Source: Vicinamibacterales bacterium | GTDB taxonomy: Bacteria > Acidobacteriota > Vicinamibacteria > Vicinamibacterales > UBA8438 | Direction of reading: 5' to 3' | Assembly: GCA_965200475.1 (NCBI GenBank) | Contig: CBDAUL010000007.1 | Span: forward strand, 242,516-306,515 | Length of the DNA stretch: 64,000 bases | In this document: positions 53,804-62,301 of the stretch, in pieces | Position numbering within the stretch: the stretch's first letter is position 1 | Layout: every line of letters starts with the position of its first letter | Notes under the pieces: generated by a model | Databases searched by the model: none | Told to the model about the DNA's origin: nothing | What the model saw: the letters and a program-made list of their open reading frames with translations, nothing else | Program-made: the position numbers and the translations under genes

Positions 53804-55666
53804 ATGCGCCGTGCGTTCCGCAACCCGGTCGGCAGGGAGTCCCGGCTCGCCGCGCTCGCGGCTGAACCGGCTACCTCGACTCGCCCTGCGCGCCGACTCG
53901 CTCGGCTGCCCGGTCTCGTCCTGCTTGCCGCGGCGCTCGTCCTGTGGGCCGGCTCAGCCTTGGGGCAGACCGTGACCATCACACACACGGGCAGCGCCCC
54001 GCTAAAGGACGGCAAAATACAACTTGTGGAAGGCGGGGCTTCCACGACTTTCCAGGTCTCCCTCAGCGCGGACTTCGTCGCGGATATCAAGGCCAACTAT
54101 CCCCTAGTAACCGCCGCGACGGGAACGCGGTTGGGAATGCAGCTGTGGACATTTCGGTCCTCCTCCAACGTGACCTGGACCACCACGGGCCGCACGTCCT
54201 TCGACCGGACCAATGAATACGACATCAGCCACAGTGGAACGTCCCTCAAGAGTGGCTATGGGCGCACAGCCACATTATTCGGAACTGCAGTATCGGAACG
54301 ACTGCGCTCTTTCATCCCGCTCACCGCGCGTAACACCGACGGCTCAACAGGCAATTGGGCCGCCATAGACAGCTTTCCCGTCAGCTCATTCCCGAACACC
54401 TTTACCATTAAGGCCGAGACGGACAGCGTGTATTTCGAACGGGATGAATCCATAACGGTCAAGGTCGCGGTTTTCGTGCAGGGGGAGAGGGCCCAACCGA
54501 GCTTTACCACTTTTTTTATTTTCAGCGATGAATTGACGTTCGATCTCGTGGATGGCGCGCTTCCCGACCCGACGGGCAAGCCCACGATGCCGGCCAACCT
54601 CACGGCCACCGCGGGCAAGGGCGCGGTCACGCTCACCTGGGATGCCGTTGACACGACCAGCAGCAACACGAACCGGCTGAACGACGCCCAGATCACCAAG
54701 CACCAGGTCCGGCAGTCCACGGACGGCGGCACCAGCTACGGGACGTGGACCGACATCCCCAACAGCGGCTACGGCGGGGTCCACGCCACCACTTACACCA
54801 TCGGGAGCCTGACCGACGGCACGGAATACACCTTCCAGGTGCGTGCGGTGAATGGCTGCACCACGACCGCGGGCTGCGGGGAGAGCGACCCGGCCACCGC
54901 AATCATGGCGACGCCCGACGCCGATGACTTCGCGCCGCCCGCGGGGCTCACGGCCACCGCGGGCAATACCCAGATCACGCTCGACTGGACCGATCCCGAC
55001 GATGCCGCCATTCTGCATTACGAGTACCAGCGGAAGGTGGGCTCCGCCGCCTTCGGGGCCTGGACGCAGCTTTACCCCAGCAGCGCGACCACCACGAGTT
55101 ACCGGTTCACCGGACTGGACAACGGCACGCCCTACAGCTACCGCATCCGGGCGCAGAGGAACGTCGGGGCCGGCCTCGCCTCGAACGCGGTCACGGCCAC
55201 GCCGCGGGGGGGCGCTGCCCGCCGCGCCCGTGCTCACGGCCACCCCGCGCAACGGCGCCGTCACCCTGAGCTGGCCCGACCCTGTCGACGCCAGCGTCAC
55301 GTACGAGTATCAGTACAAGATCGGCGCCGAGGTCTATCCGCCGTGGGAGACCGCACCGCTGCCGCGTACCATCGGCGCCACCCTGCAGATTCCGGTGGGC
55401 GGCCTGACCAACGGCACGCCGCATACCTTCCGTATCCGGGCGGTGAACGCGGACGGCAGTGCGACCTCGAACGAGGCGTCCGCCACGCCCGTAGCCGGCG
55501 TGCCCGCCAAACCCACCGGCCTGAAGACCTGGGTGGGCCCACGCGGCCATCAGAGAGCTCGCTGGCTGGATTGGGACTGGGTCGCGGACCCGAGCATCCT
55601 GCACTACGAGTACACGACGGACGACGGCCGGACCTGGTCCACGCTCGCTTCAGTTCCGCAGAGTAG
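53804..55666 (+). CDS. giant adhesin, 5' reading-frame segment (genuine coding up to the G7 tract at 55206-55212)
   Basis: Starts at MRRAFRNPVG.. with a long signal region ending LLAAALVLWAGSALGQ. A ~200-aa lower-GC N-terminal domain is followed by two FN3 modules (LTATAGKGAVTLTWD.., LTATAGNTQITLDWTD..YSYRIRAQ). After ..VTATPRGG this frame becomes Arg-rich nonsense until its stop at 55666. Confidence 0.8.
   Translation: MRRAFRNPVGRESRLAALAAEPATSTRPARRLARLPGLVLLAAALVLWAGSALGQTVTITHTGSAPLKDGKIQLVEGGASTTFQVSLSADFVADIKANYPLVTAATGTRLGMQLWTFRSSSNVTWTTTGRTSFDRTNEYDISHSGTSLKSGYGRTATLFGTAVSERLRSFIPLTARNTDGSTGNWAAIDSFPVSSFPNTFTIKAETDSVYFERDESITVKVAVFVQGERAQPSFTTFFIFSDELTFDLVDGALPDPTGKPTMPANLTATAGKGAVTLTWDAVDTTSSNTNRLNDAQITKHQVRQSTDGGTSYGTWTDIPNSGYGGVHATTYTIGSLTDGTEYTFQVRAVNGCTTTAGCGESDPATAIMATPDADDFAPPAGLTATAGNTQITLDWTDPDDAAILHYEYQRKVGSAAFGAWTQLYPSSATTTSYRFTGLDNGTPYSYRIRAQRNVGAGLASNAVTATPRGGAARRARAHGHPAQRRRHPELARPCRRQRHVRVSVQDRRRGLSAVGDRTAAAYHRRHPADSGGRPDQRHAAYLPYPGGERGRQCDLERGVRHARSRRARQTHRPEDLGGPTRPSESSLAGLGLGRGPEHPALRVHDGRRPDLVHARFSSAE
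55206..55212 (+). other. G7 homopolymer at the frame junction of the adhesin gene
   Basis: ACGCCGCGGGGGGGCGCTGCCC. Upstream coding is in the frame of ORF 53672 and downstream coding in the frame of ORF 54852. One G more or two fewer would fuse TATPRGG to ALPAAPVLTATPRNGAVTLSW. Confidence 0.8.
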
Positions 55667-58600
55667 ATCTGTGTACAACCTGCCTGCGAACGAATTCCTC
55701 TCCGATGAATACCGCGTTCGCATCCGCGCGGTCAACGCCCTGGGACCGGGCCCGGCCTCCGACCTGGCCGTCGAGACCGATGTGGAAGACCGACGGCCGG
55801 CTGACTACCGGTATGTAGATAGAAACCAGATCTCGCTGGAATGGGACGCGACCACCAAGAAGGCCACCCTGGTCTGGGACGCGCCCATGCCCAGCGACTA
55901 TAGGTGGTGGCATGTCACTTTCTACGACCGCCCCGGATTCCATACCAGCGCTCAGGCGGATGCCTGGGAAACGGATCTGCGCATCGGGACGACCCGGTAC
56001 GAGATTCCTGCGACGTTCAACGGCGGTGACACTATCACCGTATGGATCGTCGGCTGCCCCTTCCGCAGATGCGAAGTACGTCGTCGGTTGCACACCGGTT
56101 TCTTAACCGACTTCGTGGTGGGCGGCCCGAATACGGCCGTCACGGGGTTTTCGGCCACCCCGGGCGACGCGCGCATCGAGCTCGCCTGGGACGCCCCGGC
56201 TGGTGGCGGCATCACCCATTTCGAGTACCAGGTGGCATGGGCACGGAGAGGCATCGGGACCCTCCCGGGGAGCCCCCCGGATCACAACGACATTCCCCCG
56301 GGAGGCAAAACCAGCCACACCGTCACGGTGATCAACAACGCGGAAGGCGTCACGGACGGCTTCCCCCCGGTCAACGGGGAACCCTACGCCTTCCGGCTGC
56401 GTGCCGCGAACGCCAACGGGGGCGGGCCATGGACCGCGTGGACCCAGTATGTCGTGCCGCTGGCCGAAGGGGTGCCGGCGGCCCCGACCGGGATAGTGAT
56501 TCTGACCAGCGGCGCCGGAGGCGACGGCCACGGCCACGGACATGGGGATGTCCCACCCGGGCTGACGACCTGGGACGACCCGCGGGATCCCAGCATCACC
56601 AAGTATCAGACTCGGAACGCTGGGAAGTGGGAGGACATTCCCGGCTCCGACGCGACCACCACCGGCGTAAACGAGAGAATAGACAGTCTCCGAGCGGTCA
56701 ACGCCAACGGCGTAGGGCCGGCGGGGTGGCCCACAACCGTACACTCGCCGGCGCCGGCCCAGCCCACGGGCTTGCTGGCCGCACCCGCAAACGGCCGCGT
56801 GACGCTGACCTGGGACGACCCGGGAAAGGGCGTCTACATCGAGTTCTATCGCTACACCACGGACGGCGGGGAGACGTGGACCCAGATTCCGGCCAGCGAA
56901 TCGACCGTGCAAGGCCAGTTCACCCGCTACACCGTCGGGAGCCTCACCAACGGGAAGGCCTACACCTTCGGGATCCAGGCGGAGAACGACTCGGGCGCCA
57001 GCCCGGTCTCCGCGGCGGTGACCGCCACCCCGCTGGGCGGGGCTCCGGCCAAGCCCACGGGCCTGTCGGCCGCGCCGGGCAACGCCGGGGCGACGCTCAC
57101 CTGGGACAACCCGCACGACGCCAGCATCACCGGGTACCAGGTCAAGCAGGGCGACGAGGACTGGGCCGATATCACGGGCAGCGACGACAGCACGACCAGC
57201 CATACGGTCGGGAGCCTGACCAACGGAACCGCCTACACGTTCCGGATCCGCGCGGTGAACGACCACGACGGCGACAACACGGACGACCCGGGCCCCGCCT
57301 CCGACGCCGTCACCGTCACGCCCGGCGTGCCCACGGCCCCGGCCAGCCTGGTTGCGGCCCCGGGCGACGCCGAGGTGACGCTCACCTGGACGGCGCCGGC
57401 CAGCACCAACGGCAGCGCCGTCATCGGCTACGAGTACACCTCGAACGCCGACGCGGCCACGCCCACCTGGACGGACGTCCCGGACAGCGGCTCGGGCGGC
57501 GCCAACGAAGCCGGGTACACGGTGACCGGCCTGGTCAACAACACCACCTACGCCTTCGCGGTGCGGGCGGAGAACGCCAACGGGCAGGGGGCGGCCACCC
57601 CGACCGTGCGGGCCACGCCCGTGCATCCCGACGCGCCGCAACGACCGGCGGGATTGAGGGCGAATCCGGGTAACCAGGAGGTGCGGCTCACCTGGACGTT
57701 GCCGAGCTTCCATCATCCGGTGACCGCCTACGAGTACCGGCAGAGCACGGACGGGGGCACGACGTGGAGCCCGGACTGGACGGCGATCACCGACAGCGAC
57801 GCCGCTACCACCGAGCATACGCTCACCGACCTCGCCAACGGCACGACCTACACCTTCGAGCTGCGTGCCCTCAAGGACGGCACCGCGGGACCCTCGGCGC
57901 GGGCGCAGGCCACCCCGGGCGGCGCCGCGGCCAACCAGGTGATAGACCGTGGGAGCAGCGGTCAGTTGACCACCCCGGCCGGCGATACATACACGGTCAC
58001 TCAGCTTTCCCTCCCGACCGGGCTCAACTGGCGCATCATCGTGCCCGGCACCACGGAGATCCCCGCCAAGGCCAAGTTCACCGTGCGCTCCCTGCAAGGC
58101 GGCACCCCCGAGACCTCGTCGCGGTACAGATTCACCAGCACAGGCCAGGAAGGCCTGGACATCGTGGTGGACCCGCCCCTCCCCGCCGGGGCGCAGGTCT
58201 GCCTGGAGCCCACCCCGCTGCTCCGCCAGGAAGCTGGCGGCCGGCCGCTTCGGGTGCTGCGCTACGACGGCACGCGCTGGACGCCGCTGCCCACCACCAC
58301 CGACGGCGGCATGGTCTGCGGCACGACCCCGGCTTTCTCCGCCTTCGTCCTGGGCTACGAGGCCGCCGGCCCCAGCGGCGCTGGTGGGGGGGAGCGGGAC
58401 ACGCCGCGAGGGACGAACGCCGCGCCCGAGGCGGCCGAGTCGCTTGCGCCGCGGACCGTGCCGGCAGGCACGACGAGCGAGCCGCTCGACCTGACGCCGT
58501 ACTTCGACGACCCCGACGGCGACCGGCTCACCTTCGCGGCGGTGTCGGAGGACGCCGGCGTCGCCATCGCCGACCTGCCGCGGGGCAGCAACTGGCTGAC

Positions 58601-61304
58601 GCTCCGCGGCGTGGCGGCAGGCGAAGCCGTCATCGTCGTGACGGCCCGCGACCCCGGCGGCGAGCGGGTCAGCCAGTCCCTCACGGTGACGGTGCGGACG
58701 ATAGCCGCGCCCGAGGTGGCGCAGCCGCTGCCGCCGCGGACCCTGCTGGCCGGCGAGACGAGCGAGCCGCTGGAGCTGACCCCGCACTTCCGTGACCCCG
58801 ACGACGACCCGCTCACTTTCGCGGCGGTGTCGTACGACGCCGGCGTGCTCGAGGCCGAGGTGGCCGAGGGCGGCAGCCGGCTGACCCTCCGCGCCGTGGC
58901 GGCGGGCGCAGCCGTCGTCATCGTGACGGCCACCGACCCCGACGGCGAGCAGGCCAGCCAGCCCATGACGGTGACGGTGCGGACGAACGGCGCGCCCGAG
59001 GCCGCGGAGCCGCTGCCGCCGCAGACCCTGCTGGCGGAGACGACGAGCGAGCCGCTGGACCTGACGCCGTACTTCCACGACCCCGACGGCGACCCGCTCA
59101 CCTACGCGGCGGCGTCGGACAACGCCGACGTCGCCGTCGCCGAGGTGGCCGAGGGCGGCAGCGAGCTGACCCTCTGCGCCGTGGCAGTGGGCGAAGCCTC
59201 CATCGTGGTGACGGCCCGCGACCCCTACGACGCGGAGGCCAGCCAGCCACTGACGCTCACCGTGCGGACCAACGCCGCGCCCGAGGTGGCCGAGCCGCTC
59301 CTGGCGCAGACCCTGCTGGTCGGCACGGCGAGCGAGCCGCTCGACCTGACGCCGTATTTCCACGACCCCGACGGCGACCCGCTCACCTACGCGGCCGTGT
59401 CGGACAACGCCGGCGTCGCCGTCGCCGAGGTGGCCGAGGGCGGCAGCGAGCTGACCCTCCGCGCCGTGGCGGCGGGCGAGGCCGTCGTCGTCGTGACGGC
59501 CACCGACCCGTTCGACGCGGAGGCCAGCCAGCCGCTGACGCTCACCGTGCGGACCAACGCCGCGCCCGAGGTGGCCCAGCCGCTGCCGGCGCAGACCGTG
59601 CTGGCCGGCACGGCGAGCGAGCCGCTCGACCTGACGCCGTACTTCGACGACCCCGACGGCGACCCGCTCACCTACGCGGCGGTGTCGTCGAACCCCGAGG
59701 TGGCGACCGCCGGCGTGGCGGGCGACCTGCTCACGCTCACCGGCGTGGGGGCGGGCGCCGTGGTGGTGACGGTCACGGCCCGCGACCCCCACGGCGGCGA
59801 GGTCGGCCAGACGGTCACGGTGACGGTCACGGCGGCCGACCCGGCCTGGGTGAAGGCGTGGGCGGCGCGGTTCGGACGCACGGTGTCCGGGCACGTGCTC
59901 GACGGCGTGCAGGAGCGGCTCCGCGCAGTGCCGCAGCCCGGTTTCCAGGCCACCCTCGGGGGCCATCAGCTCGGCGGCATCAGCGAGGAGGCGGCGCAAG
60001 AATTCGGCAACTGGCAGCTCGGCGGCCGCGCGGCGTTCCAGCGCGAGCTCGAGCTGCTCGCCGGCTGGACCGACGACGAGCAGCAGATGGGCAACGGCGG
60101 TCCGCAGCAGGGGTCGACGGCCCGCGACCTGTTCACTTCGTCGGCCTTCTCGCTGACGGTCGGCAACGCGGAGGAAGGCGGCGGCGGCGGCTTCGGGGCG
60201 GTGTGGGGACGGGGCGCCGTGTCGCACTTCGGCGGACAGGACGGCGCGCTGTCGCTCGACGGCGAGGTGGCGACCGGCATGGTGGGGATCGACTGGGTGT
60301 CGAGGCGCTGGCGCACCGGGCTGGCCCTGGCCATGAGCCGCGGCAGCGGCGGCTACAGCGCGGGGGTCCACAGCGGCGAGATCGAGTCGAAGCTGACGGG
60401 CCTGTTCCCCTGGGTGGGCTACGACGTGACCGACCGCATATCGGTCTGGGCGGCCGCGGGCTACGGCGCCGGCGTGCTGACCCTGACGCCGGAGAACGAA
60501 GACGCGCTGACGGCCGAGCTCGGGTTGAGCATGGTGGCGGCCGGGGCCCGCAGCGAGCTGCTGACGCTGCGGCAACTGGGCGGCGTCATGCTGGCGCTGG
60601 AGACCGATACGCGCCTGACGCGCACCACCACCGGCGCCATCGCCGGCCTCGAGGCCACCGAGGCGAGCGTCTGGCAGCGGCGCCTGGGGCTGGAGGGGTC
60701 GCGCCCCCTCGCGCTGGGCGGGCGGCTGTCGCTCAGGCCAAGCGTCGAGGTGGGGCTGCGCTACGACGGCGGGGACGCCGAGACCGGCGCCGGCATGGAC
60801 GTGGGCGCGGGCCTCGGCTTCGCCGACTCGGGGACCGGGCTGGCCGTGGACGTGCACGTGCGGACGCTGCTGGTGCACGAGGCCGAAGGGTTCTCCGAGC
60901 GGGGCATGGCGCTGTCGGTGAGCTACGACCCGACGCCGTCGACGCCGCTGGGCGTCACCGCGCGGGTGGCGCCGTCGTGGGGCGGGCAGGCGCAGAGCGG
61001 GGTCGCGGCGCTGTGGGGCCGCGAGACGATGGCGGGCATGGCGCACGGCGGCGCCGCGCAGGGCTACCGGCTCAACGGCGAGGTCGGCTACGGCCTGCGG
61101 GTGGGCAGCCGCTTCGTGGGGACCCCGCGGGCCGGCTTCTCCACCTCGGAGCACAGCCGGGACTACCGGGTCGGCTACGGCCTCGGGGTGCTCGAGACGG
61201 GCGGCCTGCTCGTCGAGGTGGGCGTCGACGCGCTGCGCAGCGAGAGCCCGCTGGCGGGCGGGGCCAGCAACGCGCTGCGCGGCCAGGCTTCGCTGGGCTG
61301 GTGA
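55206..61304 (+). CDS. giant adhesin, 3' reading-frame segment: FN3 array, cadherin-like repeats, autotransporter beta-barrel
   Basis: About 9 further FN3 modules run to about 57925 (xLxAxPGxxxVTLTWxxP..I.GY.Y...DGG.TW..I....TT.YTVTGL.NGT.YTF.VRA.N). An unassigned ~160-aa domain follows. Five 93-95-aa repeats with DPDGDPLTY span 58416-59834. A linker plus barrel spans 59836-61301 (..FGAVWGRGAVSHFGG..GLALAMSRG..VGLRYDGGD..) and ends GQASLGW. Confidence 0.85.
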   Translation, partial: GGALPAAPVLTATPRNGAVTLSWPDPVDASVTYEYQYKIGAEVYPPWETAPLPRTIGATLQIPVGGLTNGTPHTFRIRAVNADGSATSNEASATPVAGVPAKPTGLKTWVGPRGHQRARWLDWDWVADPSILHYEYTTDDGRTWSTLASVPQSRSVYNLPANEFLSDEYRVRIRAVNALGPGPASDLAVETDVEDRRPADYRYVDRNQISLEWDATTKKATLVWDAPMPSDYRWWHVTFYDRPGFHTSAQADAWETDLRIGTTRYEIPATFNGGDTITVWIVGCPFRRCEVRRRLHTGFLTDFVVGGPNTAVTGFSATPGDARIELAWDAPAGGGITHFEYQVAWARRGIGTLPGSPPDHNDIPPGGKTSHTVTVINNAEGVTDGFPPVNGEPYAFRLRAANANGGGPWTAWTQYVVPLAEGVPAAPTGIVILTSGAGGDGHGHGHGDVPPGLTTWDDPRDPSITKYQTRNAGKWEDIPGSDATTTGVNERIDSLRAVNANGVGPAGWPTTVHSPAPAQPTGLLAAPANGRVTLTWDDPGKGVYIEFYRYTTDGGETWTQIPASESTVQGQFTRYTVGSLTNGKAYTFGIQAENDSGASPVSAAVTATPLGGAPAKPTGLSAAPGNAGATLTWDNPHDASITGYQVKQGDEDWADITGSDDSTTSHTVGSLTNGTAYTFRIRAVNDHDGDNTDDPGPASDAVTVTPGVPTAPASLVAAPGDAEVTLTWTAPASTNGSAVIGYEYTSNADAATPTWTDVPDSGSGGANEAGYTVTGLVNNTTYAFAVRAENANGQGAATPTVRATPVHPDAPQRPAGLRANPGNQEVRLTWTLPSFHHPVTAYEYRQSTDGGTTWSPDWTAITDSDAATTEHTLTDLANGTTYTFELRALKDGTAGPSARAQATPGGAAANQVIDRGSSGQLTTPAGDTYTVTQLSLPTGLNWRIIVPGTTEIPAKAKFTVRSLQGGTPETSSRYRFTSTGQEGLDIVVDPPLPAGAQVCLEPTPLLRQEAGGRPLRVLRYDGTRWTPLPTTTDGGMVCGTTPAFSAFVLGYEAAGPSGAGGGERDTPRGTNAAPEAAESLAPRTVPAGTTSEPLDLTPYFDDPDGDRLTFAAVSEDAGVAIADLPRGSNWLTLRGVAAGEAVIVVTARDPGGERVSQSLTVTVRTIAAPEVAQPLPPRTLLAGETSEPLELTPHFRDPDDDPLTFAAVSYDAGVLEAEVAEGGSRLTLRAVAAGAAVVIVTATDPDGEQASQPMTVTVRTNGAPEAAEPLPPQTLLAETTSEPLDLTPYFHDPDGDPLTYAAASDNADVAVAEVAEGGSELTLCAVAVGEASIVVTARDPYDAEASQPLTLTVRTNAAPEVAEPLLAQTLLVGTASEPLDLTPYFHDPDGDPLTYAAVSDNAGVAVAEVAEGGSELTLRAVAAGEAVVVVTATDPFDAEASQPLTLTVRTNAAPEVAQPLPAQTVLAGTASEPLDLTPYFDDPDGDPLTYAAVSSNPEVATAGVAGDLLTLTGVGAGAVVVTVTARDPHGGEVGQTVTVTVTAADPAWVKAWAARFGRTVSGHVLDGVQERLRAVPQPGFQATLGGHQLGGISEEAAQEFGNWQLGGRAAFQRELELLAGWTDDEQQMGNGGPQQGSTARDLFTSSAFSLTVGNAEEGGGGGFGAVWGRGAVSHFGGQDGALSLDGEVATGMVGIDWVSRRWRTGLALAMSRGSGGYSAGVHSGEIESKLTGLFPWVGYDVTDRISVWAAAGYGAGVLTLTPENEDALTAELGLSMVAAGARSELLTLRQLGGVMLALETDTRLTRTTTGAIAGLEATEASVWQRRLGLEGSRPLALGGRLSLRPSVEVGLRYDGGDAETGAGMDVGAGLGFADSGTGLAVDVHVRTLLVHEAEGFSERGMALSVSYDPTPSTPLGVTARVAPSWGGQAQSGVAALWGRETMAGMAHGGAAQGYRLNGEVGYGLRVGSRFVGTPRAGFSTSEHSRDYRVGYGLGVLETGGLLVEVGVDALRSESPLAGGASNALRGQASLGW
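58416..59834 (+). repeat. five tandem 285-bp (95-aa) cadherin/dystroglycan-like repeats within the adhesin
   Basis: The units start NAAPEAAES, IAAPEVAQP, NGAPEAAEP, NAAPEVAEP and NAAPEVAQP. Each contains SEPLDLTPYF(D/H)DPDGDPLT(F/Y)AAVS and ..VVTA(R/T)DP..LT(L/V)TVRT. Units 3 and 4 are the most similar (about 80% aa identity). Confidence 0.85.
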
Positions 61305-61312
61305 GACGAGGT

Positions 61313-61349
61313 GTCGAGCACGCGGCGACTGAACCTGCTCGTGCTCGAC
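61313..61349 (+). terminator. 10-bp stem hairpin 9 nt after the adhesin stop
   Basis: GTCGAGCACG-17 nt-CGTGCTCGAC. The loop is large and there is no U-tract, so it is weak as an intrinsic terminator. Confidence 0.3.
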
Positions 61350-61787
61350 CTTGAGGGCGCATGCACGGTGCAGTCAATAGAATCAATGGTTTAGAGAGAG
61401 ACAGTGTGACTGCGGGTGTGCCGCCAGGTGTGACGCCCCCGTGATCCGTCACGTTCGATGCCGTTGCACCGGAAGGCGACCCCATCGTCTTCGTGATCGG
61501 ACAGGTGCTCTCGGTGTGATCACACAACGGGTCTGATCACAACAACTCCAGCTGCGGTTCTTCTTCCTGTCGATCTGTCTTTCCATCTTCCCTCGTCGAC
61601 CTGCTCGATCTCCCGTTCGTCGCCCCGCTTGCCCGTCTCCCTCTGTCTGTCTCTCCGTTGAGCTGCTTTCGTGCCGGGAGTCTCGTTCCGCACGGACGGA
61701 CCGACATGGGACCAACAGGTGCGCGACGTTTCGCCGCCGGGTCGCGTCGGACCCTCGCCGCCCGGAGCCCGGCCGTCCGAAGCGGGC

Positions 61788-61816
61788 TTGACATCGCTTC
61801 CGCCGGCGCCTACGAT
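61788..61816 (+). promoter_or_regulatory. sigma70-like promoter TTGACA-N17-TACGAT
   Basis: TTGACA at 61788-61793, an exact 17-nt spacer, and TACGAT at 61811-61816. It lies about 165 nt upstream of the strong AAGGAGG RBS of the 61984 ORF. Confidence 0.45.
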
Positions 61817-61983
61817 GATCTTCTGAATGAACGGCCATTCATATGGCGGCGGGACCCGTGTCCCCCGCACGACCGGCCGCCGGGGGAACGGTGAACGGAC
61901 GGGCATTCGACCGGCGGGAAGGCGCGGTCTTGGGAACCCGCGCTGGAGCTTCAAGGTCCGTTTGGTGAACAAGGAGGTCGGAC

Positions 61984-62229
61984 ATGTTCAGTCACTTTCT
62001 CGCGGCGTTCGTGGCCTGCTGCGTGCTCGTCGCCGGAACGCCGTCGATACAGGATTCGACCGTGCCGGAGGTGGGTGTCGACTGGGGAGCCTTCTCCATG
62101 GCCGGGGCCGATACGGACTCGGCCTCGGGTCCGCTCGACTGGCTCTGGGACCTGGTGGCGGCCATCGCCTCGGCCGTGGTCGCGGTCCTCGACGCATGGT
62201 GCATCGAACCGGGACACTGGGCCTGCTAG
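61984..62229 (+). CDS. 81-aa hydrophobic Cys-containing small protein (hypothetical exported peptide)
   Basis: AAGGAGG lies 6 nt before the ATG. An N-terminal signal-like FLAAFVACCVLVAG, an acidic middle, an amphipathic LWDLVAAIASAVVAVLDAW, and a tail WCIEPGHWAC. Confidence 0.5.
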   Translation: MFSHFLAAFVACCVLVAGTPSIQDSTVPEVGVDWGAFSMAGADTDSASGPLDWLWDLVAAIASAVVAVLDAWCIEPGHWAC

Positions 62230-62256
62230 TCTAGGGCGCCGGGGGCGGGCGACGCC

Positions 62257-62301
62257 CGCGAGATTGCCCGGGCTCGGCGTTCGAGTCCGGGCAATCTCGC
62301 G
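62257..62301 (+). terminator. 15-bp perfect stem hairpin downstream of the small ORF
   Basis: CGCGAGATTGCCCGG-15 nt-CCGGGCAATCTCGCG, with an inner CTCG/CGAG pairing and no U-tract. Confidence 0.4.

Noticed and set aside
56103-61154. A 1683-aa ORF on the minus strand, together with similar very long ORFs at 4015-6372(+), 7625-9868(-), 7909-9987(+), 10251-11957(+), 11909-14077(-), 15755-17392(-), 17484-19700(+), 22185-25187(+), 28199-31144(+), 30088-32106(-), 38525-41431(+), 41428-44412(+), 41735-43048(-) and 50754-53483(-).
   Set aside because: All lie antisense or out of frame to genes with clear domain signatures. Their translations are Arg/Pro/Gly/Ala-rich low-complexity strings typical of non-coding frames in 70% GC DNA, and GC3 is highest in the other frame. 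Only specific sub-segments were kept (for example the last 651 codons of 8017-12156 and the S24 remnant inside 50754-53483).
61880-61910. A cobalamin-riboswitch-like core (GGGGAACGGTGAACGGAC resembles GGGAA-N-GGTG-N-AA-N-CC).
   Set aside because: No B12 box (GCCACTG / AGYCMGG..) or the other conserved helices could be found downstream. The match is too short to call without a covariance-model scan.
61449-61972. Minus-strand ORFs of 129, 150 and 85 aa in the low-GC region downstream of the adhesin.
   Set aside because: They are highly basic, Arg/Ser/Thr/Gly-rich translations of the purine-rich complement of the C/T tract. They have no RBS and no compositional support.
62268-62292. A tRNA-like T-arm (GGCGTTCGAGTCCGGGC contains a GTTCGAGTCC T-loop consensus).
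   Set aside because: The flanking bases cannot form a 5-bp T-stem, and there is no acceptor, D or anticodon arm. The motif is simply the loop of the long 62257-62301 hairpin.
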